Source: a virus
Length of the DNA stretch: 64,000 nt
Strand: one strand, 5' to 3'
IMG/VR virus record: IMGVR_UViG_3300007177_000160
Span: 32,001 to 96,000 of that record
Shown here one piece after another: positions 49,801 through 57,817 of this stretch (the stretch's first letter is position 1; the number at the start of each line of letters is the position of its first letter). The translations under genes and the position numbers were made by a program. The notes beneath the pieces were generated by a model, which was given only the letters and a program-made list of their open reading frames with translations, had not been told where the DNA came from and ran no database searches.

Positions 49801-52200
49801 TGCTAATCCATAGATATCTCTAATATTACCCAAGTCATCAGTCATAGACTGAAACTTAGTAGCAAGCTGTTGGATTTTAGCGACTTGTTTAATTTCTTCC
49901 TCTCTAGTAATCTTACCAGCTTCTCTGTCCCTAGCTGCTAGTTGTTTATACAACTCAGGGTTATTTGCTACGTTCCAACGGGCTTGTTCTAAACGTTGTA
50001 CGTAGGGCATGTACTGCCAACGTTCAACTTGCTTACCATTAGCATCTAGAACAGGATTACTAAATTGATCGAACTGTTTAACCTTAGTTGGAGTATTAAC
50101 CTGGAAACCAGAAATAAACAAAGAAGGAATAAATCCTTCAACCAAAGTTTCTTTAAAACTATCCCAACTTAATTCGTTTTGTTTTTCGTATTCAAAGTTA
50201 TTTGGTTGAGCCACATAGTTATCCACTAAATGGTTTCCTACTAAAGACGCAAGTTCTTCTATGGTTTCTTGAGTTGCCCCTGAGATAGTTTTACGAATAG
50301 CAGTAGGTGCAACTATCTTTAAAGCATCTAACTTACTTAGAGAACCTGGAGGAACTAAAGTAAGCAAACGATCTGCCATAAACGACATCTTTCCAATGCC
50401 AGGAACTTTAGAAAGACCTTTGCTAATGCCATCTAATGCAGGATCAATATATTTATCAAACATACCTATAGTCTTTCCTCCTTTAAAGAAAGAAGCGTCA
50501 GGTACTATTGTCTCTGTTAAACCCTCTACTACAGCTCTAGTAAGTGCTACGTTAAACGCATCATTATCATCCTTAAAGAAAGAACGTTCTTCTGCATAAA
50601 AACGCGGGAATGTCGTTGCGGTTACAGAACCAAAGGTAGAAATATAAGGCGCTAACTTTGGTAAAGTCTCTGCCATACCTACTGTCTTACCTATATTAGC
50701 ATAAGACAACCCAGCTCCCCTAGCCATAGAACCAATACCTCGGGTAATAGCAACAGTAGCTGCTACGTCAAAGGCAATAGGAAGTGTGGCTTCAATAGGT
50801 GCTTGTAGGTTCCAGTTAGTTACTGTGTTTCCTTTGTCGTCTTTATATTCAAACTTAGCTTGATCAAAACTGATAGCATCTCCGTAGATATCACGGGTGA
50901 TTTCATTTTGGTCAATCTTATTATTTTTATTTATATCTGCTCCTAAAAACAAAGTTGGAGGTGCAGCTAAATTAGCCCCAGATCTAATTCTATATCCAGT
51001 TTCATTGTCACCTATTAAATGAGTTAACCCTGCAACTTGGTTTAAAAAGTTTCTTTTTGTAGCCTGTGCTCCTCTAACAAAAATACCATTCTCTCCAAAC
51101 CACTGTACTTCATCCCCTGCGGCAAAGTTTCTATTCTTTACCATTTCTAAAGATTGTCTATGCTTTTCTTTAGCATAAACTTCTGGGTAGAATTTCTTTA
51201 AGTATACGTCAGGATTTGATTCGTTTTTAAGTTTAGTATTAAGTTGACCTAAGTAATCAATTTCCTTGGTAAGATTAGCTTTAGTTAGAGCTAATTGATT
51301 CTTTTGATTCTGATCTACAGATTCTGTAATTTGTTTATCTAAATCATAAATCTGTTGTTGGTAGTTTTGGATTTTGTTTTGGACAGCATACTGCTTAGTA
51401 GCAGCATAAGTCATGTCAAACTGAGCATACAAGTCGTCGTCAGTTTTAACATAAGTATTTTTAAATACCTCTAAGTCTTCTGGGTTATATAAACGAGAAC
51501 CGTAAACATTGGACTCTAAATCAGCAAGCTCATTTATTACGTCGCTGTTTCTTTTGTTAGGACTTTTGATAGCATAACTTAATCTTTGGTTGTCCTGATT
51601 AAACTTACCTAACTCTTGTACTCTAGTATTTAAATCTTTAGAGTTTAAATAGTCTTCTAAGTCTTGGTTAGCTAATTGAATTTTAGCTTTAGAGTTTGCT
51701 ACGTCTACTATCTTTTTATATTCTTTACTAAGCTTGGCTTTCCCCGCATCATCTAGTAATGATATATTGTCATTAAAAGTAGTTCGTAAATCTTTTAACG
51801 CTTGGTCAATTTCTTTTGATGAGCCACTCTGAATAGCTGTTTTAAATGCAGCAGTAGCAGCAATTACTCCAGAATCAGTAGAGAAGTTTGCTAAGTCTTT
51901 TAGTTCTCTTCCAGTAAAAAACTCGCCTATACTTCTGTCAGGTACCATAAGTCCAACAATAGGACTAGGCTGGGCTTTTAATCCAGCATTAATAGACAGA
52001 ATTGAATTAATACTATTAGAAAGTTCTTGGTCTTCTTTTCTTTGTTGAGCAAAATATCTTTCGTTACTTAAATCAAGTTCTCTGACAGTTTGGCCAAGTG
52101 ACTGGACTTTTACAAGATCTGCAGCAATGCGTTCTGATTCAGTATTTAATTGCTCTCCTGGTTTTACCAAGGATTTATAGTATTCGGGAGATTTTGGCAT
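37804..52200 (-). CDS. virion RNA polymerase polyvalent protein (zincin + two-barrel RNAP + AlkB-like + macro-like)
   Basis: RVPGQ...GSDFDIDKL (41746-41760); YHEAWHEF (45952-45966); HND..H..RxxxxxR; VFVFGANTAGHHGAGGA. Confidence 0.9.
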   Translation of the reverse strand: MPKSPEYYKSLVKPGEQLNTESERIAADLVKVQSLGQTVRELDLSNERYFAQQRKEDQELSNSINSILSINAGLKAQPSPIVGLMVPDRSIGEFFTGRELKDLANFSTDSGVIAATAAFKTAIQSGSSKEIDQALKDLRTTFNDNISLLDDAGKAKLSKEYKKIVDVANSKAKIQLANQDLEDYLNSKDLNTRVQELGKFNQDNQRLSYAIKSPNKRNSDVINELADLESNVYGSRLYNPEDLEVFKNTYVKTDDDLYAQFDMTYAATKQYAVQNKIQNYQQQIYDLDKQITESVDQNQKNQLALTKANLTKEIDYLGQLNTKLKNESNPDVYLKKFYPEVYAKEKHRQSLEMVKNRNFAAGDEVQWFGENGIFVRGAQATKRNFLNQVAGLTHLIGDNETGYRIRSGANLAAPPTLFLGADINKNNKIDQNEITRDIYGDAISFDQAKFEYKDDKGNTVTNWNLQAPIEATLPIAFDVAATVAITRGIGSMARGAGLSYANIGKTVGMAETLPKLAPYISTFGSVTATTFPRFYAEERSFFKDDNDAFNVALTRAVVEGLTETIVPDASFFKGGKTIGMFDKYIDPALDGISKGLSKVPGIGKMSFMADRLLTLVPPGSLSKLDALKIVAPTAIRKTISGATQETIEELASLVGNHLVDNYVAQPNNFEYEKQNELSWDSFKETLVEGFIPSLFISGFQVNTPTKVKQFDQFSNPVLDANGKQVERWQYMPYVQRLEQARWNVANNPELYKQLAARDREAGKITREEEIKQVAKIQQLATKFQSMTDDLGNIRDIYGLAVDRERQYSYFNNLLHQEDLLGTDTSNFTPEQLAEYEAMTTQVTNEVLSTRQLISQNKALTEQEKQANLKRVFEQRKDKLGEVSMAEMLQMAAGLNPVINNLNKKQTPEFDFLKENYNDFYNSVLANLNDRVANFVNQAENSPESLTNLELQTFAEVFGYPLANLSALEGPMPEMLSEGAQGVSVPFMPTKPIVDRIKALMLERSVYTNPDVFLQEVSKNLQNLELKSIQQTRMAMAQLTPEEIESGEVNAALHPNLSKTQIFNLAIELQKNKQRIAKNGKDTLSTRVAQIRNNDYYFAKDEDGTYDLVAIQNANTLATEAAKSQPVNSSFQGSAFQAAQAEAEAKRQQEEQAAREAEALAAAQAGQPVEVDPASPLGEEINLQDVDVDLHPVNADLYQQYSALVNELNNTLSNTNLDPEERSQIVSEFRSRLLADIKDESDLTNIYSILVAAFPGNEAKITDFINKAEQGSLDTSLILGLPNGPSNTFVSQLGKHISTLLNPTPEAEVTPTEVAPTMQPELVINEEPVVVPDQTNQEVGQQLLSLELVEGPFSLTLSMTSISQDNKSLLDDPNVSFIQRVLAVYAESREAKPAYKAYMASTMNIYRKLLPDSIELLENLQQLNRKLTSEEERLLRSALQVKGIPLHNNDFIKYLVSNPKEIGSGIMSLIVDSNLNPVYFRENGLEGSIDDIPVLAALKTKKHLNVNQAELQLRNTVESLGENGFVTADIIGLASSKQVAVSDLKKAKVYVHFETTAEEYATPFGKFILNPGYTYVEIAGDPYQYQPVKLPQASPDFLIKLVDAFNNGILPTGLPSEIYESAEAFKSYLENLFYFNADTQGLILGSTQNNKLVFKKKNKNGKYQAITGSEEVQLGLIRGAFANLRYMVSKQSLTTNQPSTLLYEQNGIRLKSFPNYEALVLSPEFGAQVIMRGNSRFALSPELTIESTISNAEKGFEDVLPEVPLVSDIPSTAIIEAETVEIPEEQLEQLEKQLDLFVDQPQLTPEEAEEAAQLPSRRIQDANERREAIQRAQAEMYQEYQVDLEAFRTGSFLNDLQAAIDSLFGGAFITSKQSFIRFGDKNSLDGVYGDKIKKTYFPKRSTPATSILGLDQIAQLIEDRIGREVSPSELVDFMTTYPGGIGTINSRNIDTVYGRFNPKKNPKYDGIRGIIAKEERAASKEFAQDEFSSDTFDFRDPWDQPPPANIPNPFEDDFFRSLELENDITEAQNKAAEEWVNSHPIFKNTKFIFDKTLRHPLAYATWSKAAITLFADANYAEAYHEAWHEFSQMYLTPAQREALYAEARKIYGELPLVELEEKLAESFRQFALSNGTEMPSEIAKYESTKNIFQKIWDFLTGFFTDKLTVDKYFSQLYKGNISSYTRNEDAGYFKTLYSAKLVVKHPDNTDKVFSFRESQQILTQMDSLFVDVAAKLGQPYGASFVNVVENPQLTKAVLQEMHRLIGEARTRYAAKVEENPTAAATRKFNYTSLLYTNSNTLFTFFKANSPLFSDKIRKIAIEEVVEDEQETGPLREFARLETSIEEMSQKTTAHPLIISAIKSLPLYKNRRPVKDNVFGVNTVGSFDLNWNSLQRTLSGSNSYEELYNRLTQLSKEQPQFRALLAYLPNPKEANVKQSTLNFKNLFYNTFAMPYVDGFIKEIRVVENENGDSFVDFQIYKAKTSDVLNLSKMWDNVFTSSPGLYKLVDPKTGSYYLNTDKYFADYAIPAIPAGVSVTEETLNEYKLQLLNLLEPLGFNFTELAKQTILTRSAKDLQSDVKLIYNKIQSFAQSTETGLIYKPLEVLRGTHKDSEGKNVNSEVRSLYKLVDAEIKVNVEYANDMQFNALNKKVWSVTPHTYMTRIVAAMNDYQKYPTLPSLLAAYPQLNSSFNGGGNYSLLLNYLFNVVTGERNVETDGTPRTAEIASLLGIKTEDNATKTVDSTESLKHFSEIQGFIKRGVEELNRLSGKSTTRSLVMPTSLLKELGFDNDAFNTPGKVVIPDSVTYSILLPNVYSEIQVAKKYADSRNPFFKVSPFLDKENTKPRLTYFEDIFDEATRIELYNYFANVAPSGLSTALGQINPDLLASVKQQYTNYIAKSVDVSKGILNNAFDSNTATVSDGDLIRYHIFSMFSRIEQHKLFFGHPYYYKNAKDIEKRLSAWNAYGSYALLDEQNIQEINKSGFSQRKAFLEHNNALGENKVEVNPDLNTDVTKISYLVLKDTSVDSQTAKNSPAYQTKVVDPATGESVTLASYYVNNTDAKKQDAAAFSTLDFYANFYAMSTGLTLAMKKEIDRQNRIYALYLQSQRGENVQAELENALNEGPYYTFTIKKLQYAGHNLVGDKTIPVFHKYSVKPILPSEVVGDPILGSILQKLHASSADYAVFSSGTKIAETVDPISLFNSDGSVNSNYVPNSVGKIDTQYLKEQVLIENKETFMTIFSTQFRKLLFKDSPAESEELYQEYRTAIENLVDFDKVKFLSKIEDQEKLVNFIVSELSKKNIAEATKDLIQLKENGQLKHTLDAFVDRTIMESTMIASLKNAIIKQKVPGAQRVQYPVSLIRPGRTLKYYDLVDGKVTKAETIVSFSKGFYPLLNLQYNGKPIGQFDEFGKPVNLFSAVQRLNEAIANPLFRSKYADILDKALTIAAIRVPGQDYNSMENFEIVEFLPEESGEIILVPDEMVIKSGSDFDIDKLFCYDPFLEADGSFRVNDMSAEEAFEYEKELKEELADNKIILKETLAQRNALAADVAKIIEKYGFDPNAVRLKELYAKLKAADTISEDELELEEMDKETLAELIRERMSGVSAPVTTKAREINDEIKRVRQALKEAKNEGLSQAINALGSQINSLSKRNQFLTNEIKGTRNRMTNSLLVAVSERLTQPDVFDKLLKPNSSDVIKKLAKEFGIQNEWTKASYTNIVNPIYQLYVHRLNSFKKALGQDAKMNVLFAILQKANLRVVDKKAVKAYPLNANGKAEGILDFSKSFGVDGVRIGDLTGQLITAHVDIEKEDQVAWINLNVRINPVTNYMVGVGSSFADIVKLVNLNYTAAGETKPSNSSIITYGRGNARMSDSEFIQSILSDIYEKSTAWSNENYETLPEVELLSKSIGNFGNFKLSKLKALVADIIEENPSIVLNDTTSYGNLIRFVSFLSVKDQQSKLFTLSSNTDFDTFSPQNFEAFRKGANELRLLIKEKFFNEDGVKRVISESVVSPFQIQEEIFNSFEKIFPISASSKLGTLITTAYSAVKKANPELNYDQFSRIFKNDLLYALFRNNVPQVAEIESLLDKRNPGNIVAIYENLKARLFERKIASDNLIFDGVSFATEESSAFIRTGFSSVDAEDSVNILREEFESGLNWSHPNLNPDNEEDAELQRDMQSFFLAYGYAGIIGSQLNKKYDSYLPYIPESIYTTRMSSIIENFTEEMNNTFDQVSDIVYQFVTQQETKEVTKEAAEYLVTDAADYTDVVNDILQDKLSSLLTGSNTFISKFLDRFLANHPELRGKYGTNKDLLYFKDYDLFRDSITPTFKGEEISQINTTQQANIGLKGEKVSEGIYLNQGALTKEEQLELFNYLKPYLESQAAKTNKGKSASKMIGLGLRWDYKSNNPDKQAINIPDPINPANKTKYGYYNTSINNQPLAPISPRFRELMQKASGVDMTHYDGAIINLYEADSFISSHNDVDESLSAVNYPVIGINLGGTGNFSIEFRNETPKMLSLQAGSAYVFGVNGVNRQVFHRTFPKPQDSFLPELTTAIDGKTYEPGSYRVTITMRRVMPLTANMPISPVRQEAIKQRKYTPKEITKLEPNQVFVFGANTAGHHGAGGAGYAMFGNAQANYTVYDKGTRGMWAEYGVVNQLMEGQQGKSFGVITKYAQVDTNNQGEQVVRIGNKRSVSLSVVENSIVAMLETARQNPELEFLVTEIGIKLAGWTPSQIKTIFAKHINLIGDNVVLPKMFEVRDAKPIVSMTTVASAANLDVIPENYEAIRAEAIKASFNELSEQNEAFKNFCKGGS

Positions 52201-52227
52201 AATTCAAAAATAGTTAAAAAGATAGGT

Positions 52228-54093
52228 TTACTCAATACCTAAAGAAGAAATATCAACTTCGGAACTAAATTTAGGTCCTTTATTTACTTTGTTTGTGTAG
52301 TCTACACTTTTGGTATTAATCATAATAGGATTACCATCTTTATCTTTTGCTATATTTCCTGCAGCATCTAGCATAGGTTTAGTAGTGTATCCTATACTAG
52401 AAGGTAAACCAACAGCATAACGATCAGTTAACCTATTTCTATTCATAAAGAAGTTTAAGTTATCTATGTTACCTAAAGAATAATCAAAAGAATTACTAAA
52501 ACTAAATGGCTTACTTACTCCATTGTCTGATTTCTTTTCATTATCAATAAAACTAATCATTTGATCTATCTGAGTTAGAGCATTATTTATAGTGTTGTCG
52601 TAATCTTTTACACTAACTGCATCAGTAAATCCTAAAATTTGAGCAACTGCTGGTTTGTAGTTCCAATTTAATTTCTTTGGGCCTAAATAATTTTTAATTA
52701 AAGTTTTAAGTCCTGTAAGTTGTGCTACCCCACTTTGGTTTTTAATCTTCTCAACTTCTTCTACAAACTTAATAAGATTATTAGAAGCTACTGCATTTTG
52801 CGGATCTGCAAAATCTTTTCTAGCTTCTTGAGCTAATGCAACTAATTGGCTCATTTGATTTCCTTGTATGTTTTTAATAATCTTATTCATCTCAGGAACT
52901 ACTATTTCATTCTTAGCAGTACCTAGATAGTTGATCTCTTGATTTATTTTAATCTTAGCACGCTCACGTTCCAGAGCAAGATTGTGCTGTAGATATACTC
53001 GGTTATTCTTTTGCTGCTCTTCCCAGTATTTATTTCCAATTAAGTCATCTGTTACTTTCTTAGCAGCATACATATTACCCATGTTAGAGATAAACTTATC
53101 TTGATAAATTTGAGAATACTCTTGTATATCAAATTCATCATAAGGTTTGTTTACGTTCTCATTAGCTTTTACTCTAACTTGCTCAAAGTATTGAAGACCT
53201 TGTTTTGCTTGTTCTAGCTGAGCTTTTGTAGTAGCACTAGGAGCTTTAGAATATGCATCTTCGTATGCAGCTACTAATTGAGCTTGTTGTTGGGCTTTTA
53301 AAGATGCGTCATCAGCAATAGTTTTATTGTATTCTACAAACCCTTGGTATGCGTTATCTTTACCTAAACGATTTAAGTTGTATTGAGAATCAATCTGAAG
53401 CTGACGCATAGCCTTTGGATCAGCCTGTAAGAAACTTCTAAAGCGTGAAGCTATATCAGCTTCGCTATAACCTTCTTCGGTTCTCTTTAATAGATACGCG
53501 GGACCATAACCAGTTCCTTGTCCAGGAGCACTTATAGAAGTTTGAGAAGGAGTAATCTTTTGACTCTTCATAAAGTCATTCCACTTCTCAGTCAAGTCAT
53601 AATACTCTTCGTAAGTTTTACCGTAGGCTATTTTCTGACCTACTTTTCCAGAAGATAGATACTGTTGAGCATCATTCATAAAGAAGAAATCATTAGCAGC
53701 TGAGCGTTTCTTAGAATCCATTTTACTAAGTTCGCTTTGTCTGCGTCTAATTTCTTTTCCATTACTTATAGCAGTAAGAATGTTATCGTCACGCTCAACG
53801 TATTGACCCATGTTTAAAACAGCGTCTACATTTGCTTTATACGAAAAGTCAATTCCTGCATTAGAATTTACCTGCTTAACTAACTTAGTCATTGCAGTAT
53901 CAAAGTACTCACGCTCTGCGTCAGTGACTATATTATTTCTAAGTGCACTATACTGATCTAAGGTAGTTCTAACTTGAGCTAGACCTTCATCATATAATTG
54001 TTGCTTTTTTTCTGCTAACTTAATAAACTCGTCAGCAGGTAAAGCGGAGATATAGTCAGGATACTTAAAACTACTACTAGAGTGTGAAATCAT
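52228..54093 (-). CDS. virion cargo/ejection protein
   Basis: Helical 621-aa protein directly upstream of the vRNAP, matching crAss-like gene order. Confidence 0.7.
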   Translation of the reverse strand: MISHSSSSFKYPDYISALPADEFIKLAEKKQQLYDEGLAQVRTTLDQYSALRNNIVTDAEREYFDTAMTKLVKQVNSNAGIDFSYKANVDAVLNMGQYVERDDNILTAISNGKEIRRRQSELSKMDSKKRSAANDFFFMNDAQQYLSSGKVGQKIAYGKTYEEYYDLTEKWNDFMKSQKITPSQTSISAPGQGTGYGPAYLLKRTEEGYSEADIASRFRSFLQADPKAMRQLQIDSQYNLNRLGKDNAYQGFVEYNKTIADDASLKAQQQAQLVAAYEDAYSKAPSATTKAQLEQAKQGLQYFEQVRVKANENVNKPYDEFDIQEYSQIYQDKFISNMGNMYAAKKVTDDLIGNKYWEEQQKNNRVYLQHNLALERERAKIKINQEINYLGTAKNEIVVPEMNKIIKNIQGNQMSQLVALAQEARKDFADPQNAVASNNLIKFVEEVEKIKNQSGVAQLTGLKTLIKNYLGPKKLNWNYKPAVAQILGFTDAVSVKDYDNTINNALTQIDQMISFIDNEKKSDNGVSKPFSFSNSFDYSLGNIDNLNFFMNRNRLTDRYAVGLPSSIGYTTKPMLDAAGNIAKDKDGNPIMINTKSVDYTNKVNKGPKFSSEVDISSLGIE

Positions 54094-54104
54094 GGTTGGT
54101 AAAA

Positions 54105-57011
54105 TTAATTATTCTTTTTTACTTTCTTATACAACTGTCCGCCTGTTTTTATATAACTACCTAACTTAGAAGACTTTTTAGTTTTAGGTGCTGCCGCCTC
54201 GGTTACGGGAGCAGTGGTAGTTAAATCCTGGGGGTTAAGGGTTGTATTAACTAAAGGAGTTCTTTGGTTGTAAATAGGATTAGCTACAGGAGTCCAAGTT
54301 CTTGTATTAGCGTCGTAAGAATACGAAGGCATAAAGTTTTTAGAGTACAGCTCTTTTAGTGCCTCGTCTTGTTCGTACTGGGCTCTGCTTTCTACTAGAT
54401 TAGTCAGTGCGGCTTGTTTAGCCTCAGATTGTTTAGCTTTAGCTGTAGCGTATAACTGATTGTAAGTTCTATCAAACAATTCTGCATTAGCCATTTGGGT
54501 TTGCATATCTGCCTGGAAATTAGTTACATCTGCTTTCCAGCGGCCCTCAGCATCATAGTTTTGTTTTGTTTGGTATGCTTTATTCTTAGCATCTAGTGCC
54601 ATAGCATAAGCCATATTAGGATCAGCACCAGCACGCAAAGCTGAAACTTGCATATTATCTACATCTTGTAATTGGCTTTGGATATTCAAAGTCTGAGGTC
54701 TGATATAAGGTGCCTCAATTTCAGGCACTGCATAAGGGAAAATTTCTTGAGACTGTGCAAGTGCATAGGCTCCAGGAACTGCCTGCATTAAATCATAAGG
54801 CTCTCTTTCGTAAGTACCAAACTTTGGTTTAACCATTGCAGGAACTTCCCCTGGAGTAGGCTGTGTAAATTCTTCAGCTACAATTTCTTGTTCGTCATAT
54901 ACACTAGGTACAGTAGACTTAGCGTATTGACCTGCAGTAGTGTTTGTGTACGCAGCATCAATAGGACTAATTTGACGATTACCTGCGATTACACCTGGCT
55001 CGTCAGTAACCCCACGTTGTCCAATATCAAAGTATTGGATTTTCTGAGATAATTCAGGGCTTAATTGATTGTTAGTCCTTGCATCAATTAAGTCACGATA
55101 ACCTAAATAAGTAGCCTGTTGTAAAGCAGCAGTCTTTGGGTCTTCCGCTAGAGGAATACCTGCGGCTTTAAATTCAGCAGCTAGTCTTTTATTAGTTACT
55201 GAATTAGGATCATTAGGATCTCCTATTTGACTTAAATCTATATTACGAGCCTTAAGGGCCAAGTTACGTTTGTTTAATTCTAAGAAGTTTTTAACTATCT
55301 CCTCATCTTTCATATTATCTATGTCAGAAAGTTGACCATAAGCTTTTGAGGTCTTTCCTTTCTTACCTGTGTAGTAAGCTTGGTTTTTAGCAGCGGCTCT
55401 TGTTCTTTCTACTAGAGCTTTTCTTACTTCAGGATCCGATAATTGTTGTTCTAGATAAGCGTATTCATTTGCAGTAGCTTGGTCGCCTGCAAAAGTAGTT
55501 CCTAAGTCTGTGCCTTTATATTGAGGTAAAGCAGAACGTTGTCCAGTAACCTTAACTAAATTACCCTTATCGTTACGGTAGTATTCGCCTACCTTAGCTT
55601 CACCTTTAGGTTTAATTTTAGATTCAGGGACTACTAATTGTTTTCTACGTTTATTATCTCCTAAGTCTAAAATTTGGTAAGTGTTACCTTCAGAGTCGAC
55701 TTCAGTTCCTAAAAGTTTATAACTCTGTCCACCTCCCTGCATGTTGGAAAGAATCTTAGCTTGTACATATCCAGGAAGTGCTTTAAATCCAGGATTGTTA
55801 GTGCCACCATCTTTCATCTGTGACATAGGCTCGCCAGTTGAGTTACCGTTTAATAGTTGCTGCTCTTGGAATAACTTATCCAAAACAGCTTCATTTTTAG
55901 CTTTCATGATAGCGGCCGTGTTTTTGTCTACCTGCTTTGCAAAAGGATTATCTAAAATTTCTTGGTACTTAGTACTGTCGTATTTCTTAGCAATCTGAGC
56001 AAAAGTCTTATTAGAGTCTTTTCCTTTTGTGCCACCCGACATAAAGGTATTAAAATCAAAACCAGTTAATTCTCCACCACTTTGCATAAATGCACCAAGC
56101 TTCATCATTTTTTCTTCTGGACTAAGTTTCTGCAAGTCACCTGGTTTTAAGTGATCAGAAAACACTCGAGTTCCTTCAGGGAGATTTGTATTTGTTCCTC
56201 CCATAGATACACCGTTAACTTGATACTTGTCACTGTGACTGGGACCAGAAGCTATCTCACTAGTTCCATCAGGAAGTAGTAAGTATTCGTTATTTTCTAT
56301 TTCAACATTATTAACTCCGTACTGGGGAGTATTAGGACGAGTTGAAATTCTTGCGCCTTTTTCTGCCATAATAATTGGTTGATATTCTGTTCCACCTGAT
56401 GTAGTACGACCATACATATAGTTGTAATCATATACAGGCTTAGATTGTCTTTGTTGTATGGAACGATTAAATTCTGTTTGACGACGTAAATCATCTTTAT
56501 AGTTTAACCCAGCAGAAATGCCAGTTAATCCTAATGTAGCCCAGCTACTCCAATCAAGGGGGTTTTTAGATTTGGTGTCTTTTGTATCTTCTGTATCTTC
56601 TTCATCTCCTCCACCTAATGATTCTTCTGCAGCTATGCTAATGCCTTGAGCTTGTTTTACACTAGCTGGAGTAGATGTTTCGTACTCAGTAATATTTAAA
56701 ACATCGTCTTGAGGCAAACCTTCTAGTTTTGGTAGTGGTTGATTTTTATTAGGTACCTGATTAGGAGTAAAAAAATCTTCACCTGTAAAAGGAAAAGACT
56801 CTTTCATTTTTTTGATTTCCTTGTCTGTATATTTTTTAGGCAGACTTAATGGATTGTTTTGGAAGTACGCTTGTTGTTTAGCAAATTCTTCCTCAAATTG
56901 TTTTTGAAAATCAACGGCCTCTAAACCTTTACCTTCTAAATTGTTGGTATTAACACCTGCATTTTGCATGTATTTTTTACCAAACTTTTTATATAAGGAG
57001 TGCCTTAACAT
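54105..57011 (-). CDS. virion cargo protein with MxxGG linkers
   Basis: EIENNE..GPSH..GG..LPEGTRVFSD block; MQSGG, MKDGG, MQGGG and IKTGG. Confidence 0.75.
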   Translation of the reverse strand: MLRHSLYKKFGKKYMQNAGVNTNNLEGKGLEAVDFQKQFEEEFAKQQAYFQNNPLSLPKKYTDKEIKKMKESFPFTGEDFFTPNQVPNKNQPLPKLEGLPQDDVLNITEYETSTPASVKQAQGISIAAEESLGGGDEEDTEDTKDTKSKNPLDWSSWATLGLTGISAGLNYKDDLRRQTEFNRSIQQRQSKPVYDYNYMYGRTTSGGTEYQPIIMAEKGARISTRPNTPQYGVNNVEIENNEYLLLPDGTSEIASGPSHSDKYQVNGVSMGGTNTNLPEGTRVFSDHLKPGDLQKLSPEEKMMKLGAFMQSGGELTGFDFNTFMSGGTKGKDSNKTFAQIAKKYDSTKYQEILDNPFAKQVDKNTAAIMKAKNEAVLDKLFQEQQLLNGNSTGEPMSQMKDGGTNNPGFKALPGYVQAKILSNMQGGGQSYKLLGTEVDSEGNTYQILDLGDNKRRKQLVVPESKIKPKGEAKVGEYYRNDKGNLVKVTGQRSALPQYKGTDLGTTFAGDQATANEYAYLEQQLSDPEVRKALVERTRAAAKNQAYYTGKKGKTSKAYGQLSDIDNMKDEEIVKNFLELNKRNLALKARNIDLSQIGDPNDPNSVTNKRLAAEFKAAGIPLAEDPKTAALQQATYLGYRDLIDARTNNQLSPELSQKIQYFDIGQRGVTDEPGVIAGNRQISPIDAAYTNTTAGQYAKSTVPSVYDEQEIVAEEFTQPTPGEVPAMVKPKFGTYEREPYDLMQAVPGAYALAQSQEIFPYAVPEIEAPYIRPQTLNIQSQLQDVDNMQVSALRAGADPNMAYAMALDAKNKAYQTKQNYDAEGRWKADVTNFQADMQTQMANAELFDRTYNQLYATAKAKQSEAKQAALTNLVESRAQYEQDEALKELYSKNFMPSYSYDANTRTWTPVANPIYNQRTPLVNTTLNPQDLTTTAPVTEAAAPKTKKSSKLGSYIKTGGQLYKKVKKNN

Positions 57012-57068
57012 TAGATTAATTTTTTATGTTATAACTTTAATAATGAAAGTTAATAATTACACTAATTA

Positions 57069-57098
57069 CAAATATAATTTATTAACTAAAAAAAGCAA
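57069..57098 (-). promoter_or_regulatory. Bacteroidota promoter TTG-N19-TATATTTG overlapping a terminator
   Basis: caaatata 57069-57076 and caa 57096-57098. Confidence 0.7.
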
Positions 57099-57115
57099 GG
57101 GATTATTTCCCTTGC
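57088..57115 (-). terminator. intrinsic terminator
   Basis: GCAAGGGA-AATAA-TCCCTTGC-T7 on the minus strand. Confidence 0.85.
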
Positions 57116-57252
57116 CCTCTATATGCTTTTTGATAGTTCTTACTCTGCTTTAACTTAGAAGATTTAGTCTTAGCGTGAATGCCTGGTCTGCTTACTTTGG
57201 GTTTGTCTTTAAATGCAGACGAAACACTAGTGGATTTTGCTTTAGTTGCCAT
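57103..57252 (-). CDS. 49-aa basic protein, not in the ORF track
   Basis: MATKAKSTSVSSAFKDKPKVSRPGIHAKTKSSKLKQSKNYQKAYRGQGK*; stop lies in the terminator loop. Confidence 0.8.
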   Translation of the reverse strand: MATKAKSTSVSSAFKDKPKVSRPGIHAKTKSSKLKQSKNYQKAYRGQGK

Positions 57253-57274
57253 AGTATTAATTTTAAAAGTTAAT

Positions 57275-57817
57275 TTACCATTTTACTTTGTTAGCGACAC
57301 TTATACACAAAGAAACAAATTCTTCTTGTGTGTATTGTTGTTTGCACATATTTACCATCTTATGTACCCATTGAAGATTTCCTTCAATATATCCTTTAGA
57401 TGAGTCTATTCTATCTAATGATGCTGTGTTTTTATTTACTTGCATTGCGTCAATATCCCAGCCTGTTAATGCACATTTATAATCTTGTTCGATAAGCAAG
57501 TCAGCTAAATACTCTGCCGTTACTTGCCAAGTTATATTTCTAAGAGCTGCTTGTATCCTATACTTATCACAAAAAGAATATCTTAAAACTCCTTTAACCC
57601 ATCCTTTATGTTGGTTATTTTCAGGTCGAGAGTTGCTACAAGCTTTACATTCTTTACCTGCATTGTAAGAATTAATAGCATAGTTTCTACGTAAGTAAGA
57701 TTGTAATTCTCCGCAATTAGGGCATTTTTTGTACCAACGTTTATCTGTCCCTAAATAAACTTCGTTAGGTAAATCTAGAGCGTCTGACATAACATTAAAG
57801 GTATAAATAAAATCCAC
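57275..57817 (-). mobile_element. free-standing HNH-type (His-Me finger) homing endonuclease
   Basis: CPNC/CKAC zinc finger; KCALTG...SLDRIDSSKGY...NLQWV...N..K. Confidence 0.8.
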
